Assembly (NCBI GenBank): GCA_964575755.1
Contig: CAZNRH010000001.1
Span: forward strand, 115,347 to 179,346
DNA: 64,000 nucleotides
From: an uncultured Candidatus Saccharibacteria bacterium
GTDB taxonomy: Bacteria > Patescibacteriota > Minisyncoccia > Phycocordibacterales > JABMNX01
Reading direction: 5' to 3'
In this document: positions 61,841 through 64,000 of the stretch, piece by piece
Numbering within the stretch: the stretch's first letter is position 1
Layout: every line of letters begins with the position of its first letter
The notes under the pieces: generated by a model
Told to the model about the DNA's origin: nothing
What the model saw: only the letters and a program-made list of their open reading frames with translations
The model's database searches: none
Program-made: the position numbers and the translations under genes

Positions 61841-62206
61841 ATGCCTATGATTGACTTTGGCTATGATCTCGCCACATACACCGAAGATCAAATGAAGCGT
61901 CTCGGTAGAAAAATCGAATGCGCGTTGCGGCACGCAATCAAGACAGCTCGGCCCAGTGTGAACCAGAAATATGGTATTACCGTCCATGGGCGTGAATACG
62001 GACCCATTGTCAGTAATATGCCTGACCTGAATATCCACATCGACTACCATCAAGAGTGGGACTTCACCGATGCAGAGCTCGGCAGTATTGCAGAAGTGAT
62101 GAAAGATGCTGTGAAGCTGATACTTGAAGAAGCGGACGCTTGCATTAACAATGTAAAGATTCGTTTATATTCTCGCACCGGTCACAAAAGTGCATCGCTT
62201 CCTTAA
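61841..62206 (+). CDS. Hypothetical protein
   Basis: GGAGG SD, own promoter, downstream terminator; GC-richer. Confidence 0.65.
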   Translation: MPMIDFGYDLATYTEDQMKRLGRKIECALRHAIKTARPSVNQKYGITVHGREYGPIVSNMPDLNIHIDYHQEWDFTDAELGSIAEVMKDAVKLILEEADACINNVKIRLYSRTGHKSASLP

Positions 62207-62293
62207 CTCAAGCACACCTCTCGCCAACAAGAAAAACATTCTCGTTTTGGCGTGAGGGTGTTTTTTATTAATCTAGATAGATTTGCTGTAATT

Positions 62294-62566
62294 CTACACA
62301 CTAACGATTTCTTTTTCGAATTCTTTGAAGTAGTCGTTTATTTGTTGTAAGTTAAAGTTTTTTAAGATAGATTCCTTTGGTTCGCGAGCCAGTAGAAATA
62401 CAAAAGATTTTTCAATTAACTCAGTAGGTTCTAGTATTCCTCTGGTTAGCTTGTCACAATATTCTTTATCTAAATCTACTGAATATTCCAAACCTTTAAT
62501 TTCCACTAGAAAGTTCCACCCTTTCTCAGTTTCTTTTTGTTTTGTTATTTTTATAGTGGGGGTCAT
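62294..62566 (-). CDS. Conserved-looking hypothetical protein
   Basis: SF.FLL.REP.ESIL..F.L..I..YF motif. Confidence 0.7.
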   Translation of the reverse strand: MTPTIKITKQKETEKGWNFLVEIKGLEYSVDLDKEYCDKLTRGILEPTELIEKSFVFLLAREPKESILKNFNLQQINDYFKEFEKEIVSV

Positions 62567-62573
62567 GTGATGT

Positions 62574-62918
62574 TTAGGAGATTAAAAAATCCAACTGTTC
62601 TTTTGGCACACCAACTGAGAGACCGTATGCGACAGCGTCTTTCCATGTTTCTTTATTATCGGAGTTGATATGAAATATCTTATCTCTAAATACAACAGTC
62701 ACTTCTTCGCCTTGCCAGAAGTGCATATACCAACCATCTTCACGTTTTAGATAGTCTTGAAGCTTTTTAATTTCCTCTTGAGAGACTTCCACGTCATATA
62801 GATGCCATGTATCATCTGAATTATCTTGATTTACTTCTGAGTATTCTGAAACAACCTTAATTGTTTTGAGTATTACTGGATCAGTTAGACTCTCTTTAAT
62901 TATTGTTCCTTTGTACAT
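62574..62918 (-). CDS. Hypothetical protein
   Basis: G.II.ESL, WY.HF, YG.S.G.P.EQLDF; co-transcribed with the previous gene. Confidence 0.7.
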   Translation of the reverse strand: MYKGTIIKESLTDPVILKTIKVVSEYSEVNQDNSDDTWHLYDVEVSQEEIKKLQDYLKREDGWYMHFWQGEEVTVVFRDKIFHINSDNKETWKDAVAYGLSVGVPKEQLDFLIS

Positions 62919-63200
62919 ATTATGTGTTTTTATTATACATGGAATCGGCGTAGGTTTCTAAACCTCTTTGTGTCACCCGTCACTAAGTATAATTTTCGTC
63001 CTTCAAACTCAATTCTACTAAGTGCGCTTGAAGCTTTGCACTTGATTTTCTAATTCGTTCCTCATAATAAAATCTACGCACGCCTCAGTGTCACTCGCTT
63101 CACTCGTGACATCTTCCGGCTTCACAAATCGCACGAGAGACAAGCAGTTGCCTCTCTAGAAAAACGCGCACTATTTAGTGCGTGTTTTTTCTGCGATTTG

Positions 63201-63272
63201 TGACCCTACAGAGAATCGAACTCTGATTACCAGATTGAGAACCTGATGTCCTAACCGTTAGACGATAGGGCC
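63201..63272 (-). tRNA. tRNA-Glu(CTC)
   Basis: GGCCCTA TC GTCTAACGGTTAGGAC A TCAGG-TT-CTC-AA-TCTGG TAAT CAGAG-TTCGATT-CTCTG TAGGGTC A. Confidence 0.95.
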
Positions 63273-63492
63273 AATAAACAAGCTGTTAGGTTTTAGTTTA
63301 CAGGTTTTAGCTAAAAATTAAAGCCTTATTAAATACCCCAGATGGTTGGGGCATTTAATATAATACAGTATTTATACATCTGGGTAAATAAATAGATAAA
63401 TTGTAAAAGAAAATGCCCGCCCTGGTTTCCCAGGGCGGGCACGTCGCTAAAATCCTTATTTAAGGAACTAACAAGCTAGGGGGAGGCTTTGA

Positions 63493-63999
63493 TCAGGCCG
63501 AGTTCGGGGCCTGATTATCTTGATTGCCAGTGATACTTGTGTTGTCGCCGGCCGTTTTACCAGGCGCCGTTGCATCATCGAGGCGTTGCTCGAGAGACAA
63601 GATGACAGTTTTGACTGCGTCGATATCCTGCAGGCTCAGGCGCTGTGCGTTGTTGGCCAAGTTCGTGAGAACACCGGTAAGGTTATCTTTCGGAATATCG
63701 CTTCGAGTGACGAGGTCACACAAGAACGAGAATGCCGAGGCCGGCGGATGGTTAAAATGAATAATCATGTCACCGACGGTGCCGATATTCTCCATAACAG
63801 CGACGATGGAATCGTGGAATGACATTAGGTTGTCATCGTCCGTGATGTCGCCGTCCATACGAGCTTTCAAGACATACAAAGCATTCTTGACCCAGGACTT
63901 GGAAGAGACGCTGAGATGCTTGGCTTGGTTTTCGATACCGGTAATGATCAGTGTGAGATCATTGGTCGGAATCTTGGTGCAGGTAGCGATAGCGATGGC
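63493..63999 (-). CDS. Hypothetical helical repeat protein, 5'-truncated by the window, GC-rich
   Basis: Frame is open to the window end; internal repeat IPTNDLT..ITGIENQAKHLS vs IPKDNLT..LTNLANNAQRLS; terminator at about 63410-63442. Confidence 0.6.
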   Translation of the reverse strand, partial: AIAIATCTKIPTNDLTLIITGIENQAKHLSVSSKSWVKNALYVLKARMDGDITDDDNLMSFHDSIVAVMENIGTVGDMIIHFNHPPASAFSFLCDLVTRSDIPKDNLTGVLTNLANNAQRLSLQDIDAVKTVILSLEQRLDDATAPGKTAGDNTSITGNQDNQAPNSA

Positions 64000-64000
64000 G

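Overview
AT-rich bacterial chromosome segment, standard genetic code, with gene content and style typical of Patescibacteria/CPR (Parcubacteria-like; inferred). Core genes: 3' part of rpoB, rpoC, dnaG, rpoD, uppP, hisS, a MacAB-type ABC exporter, lexA, truB, hpf, fmt, def, a degenerate priA, murA, two mreB, frr, rseP, proS, mreC/mreD-like/PBP2, greA, class I lysS, mraZ-rsmH-ftsL-ftsI-murF, and tRNA-Glu(CTC). tRNA-Asn(GTT) is split inside the anticodon by a 572-nt group I intron carrying a frameshifted HNH gene. The most unusual signals are non-coding. (1) Three homologous 118-136 bp structured elements each lie exactly between a duplicated ATG(A/G)A at a gene start (exonuclease, SET protein, mreB). 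(2) A RAYT/Y1 transposase has four copies of a 21-bp palindrome, two of them translated in frame within its own ORF. (3) Several further palindrome and long-hairpin families occupy intergenic gaps. Also seen: a mosaic array of three secreted proteins with a shared N-terminus and variable tips, a leader-peptide attenuator before a GNAT gene, and an in-frame TAG in a HIT gene. All calls are from reading motifs by eye; no searches were run.
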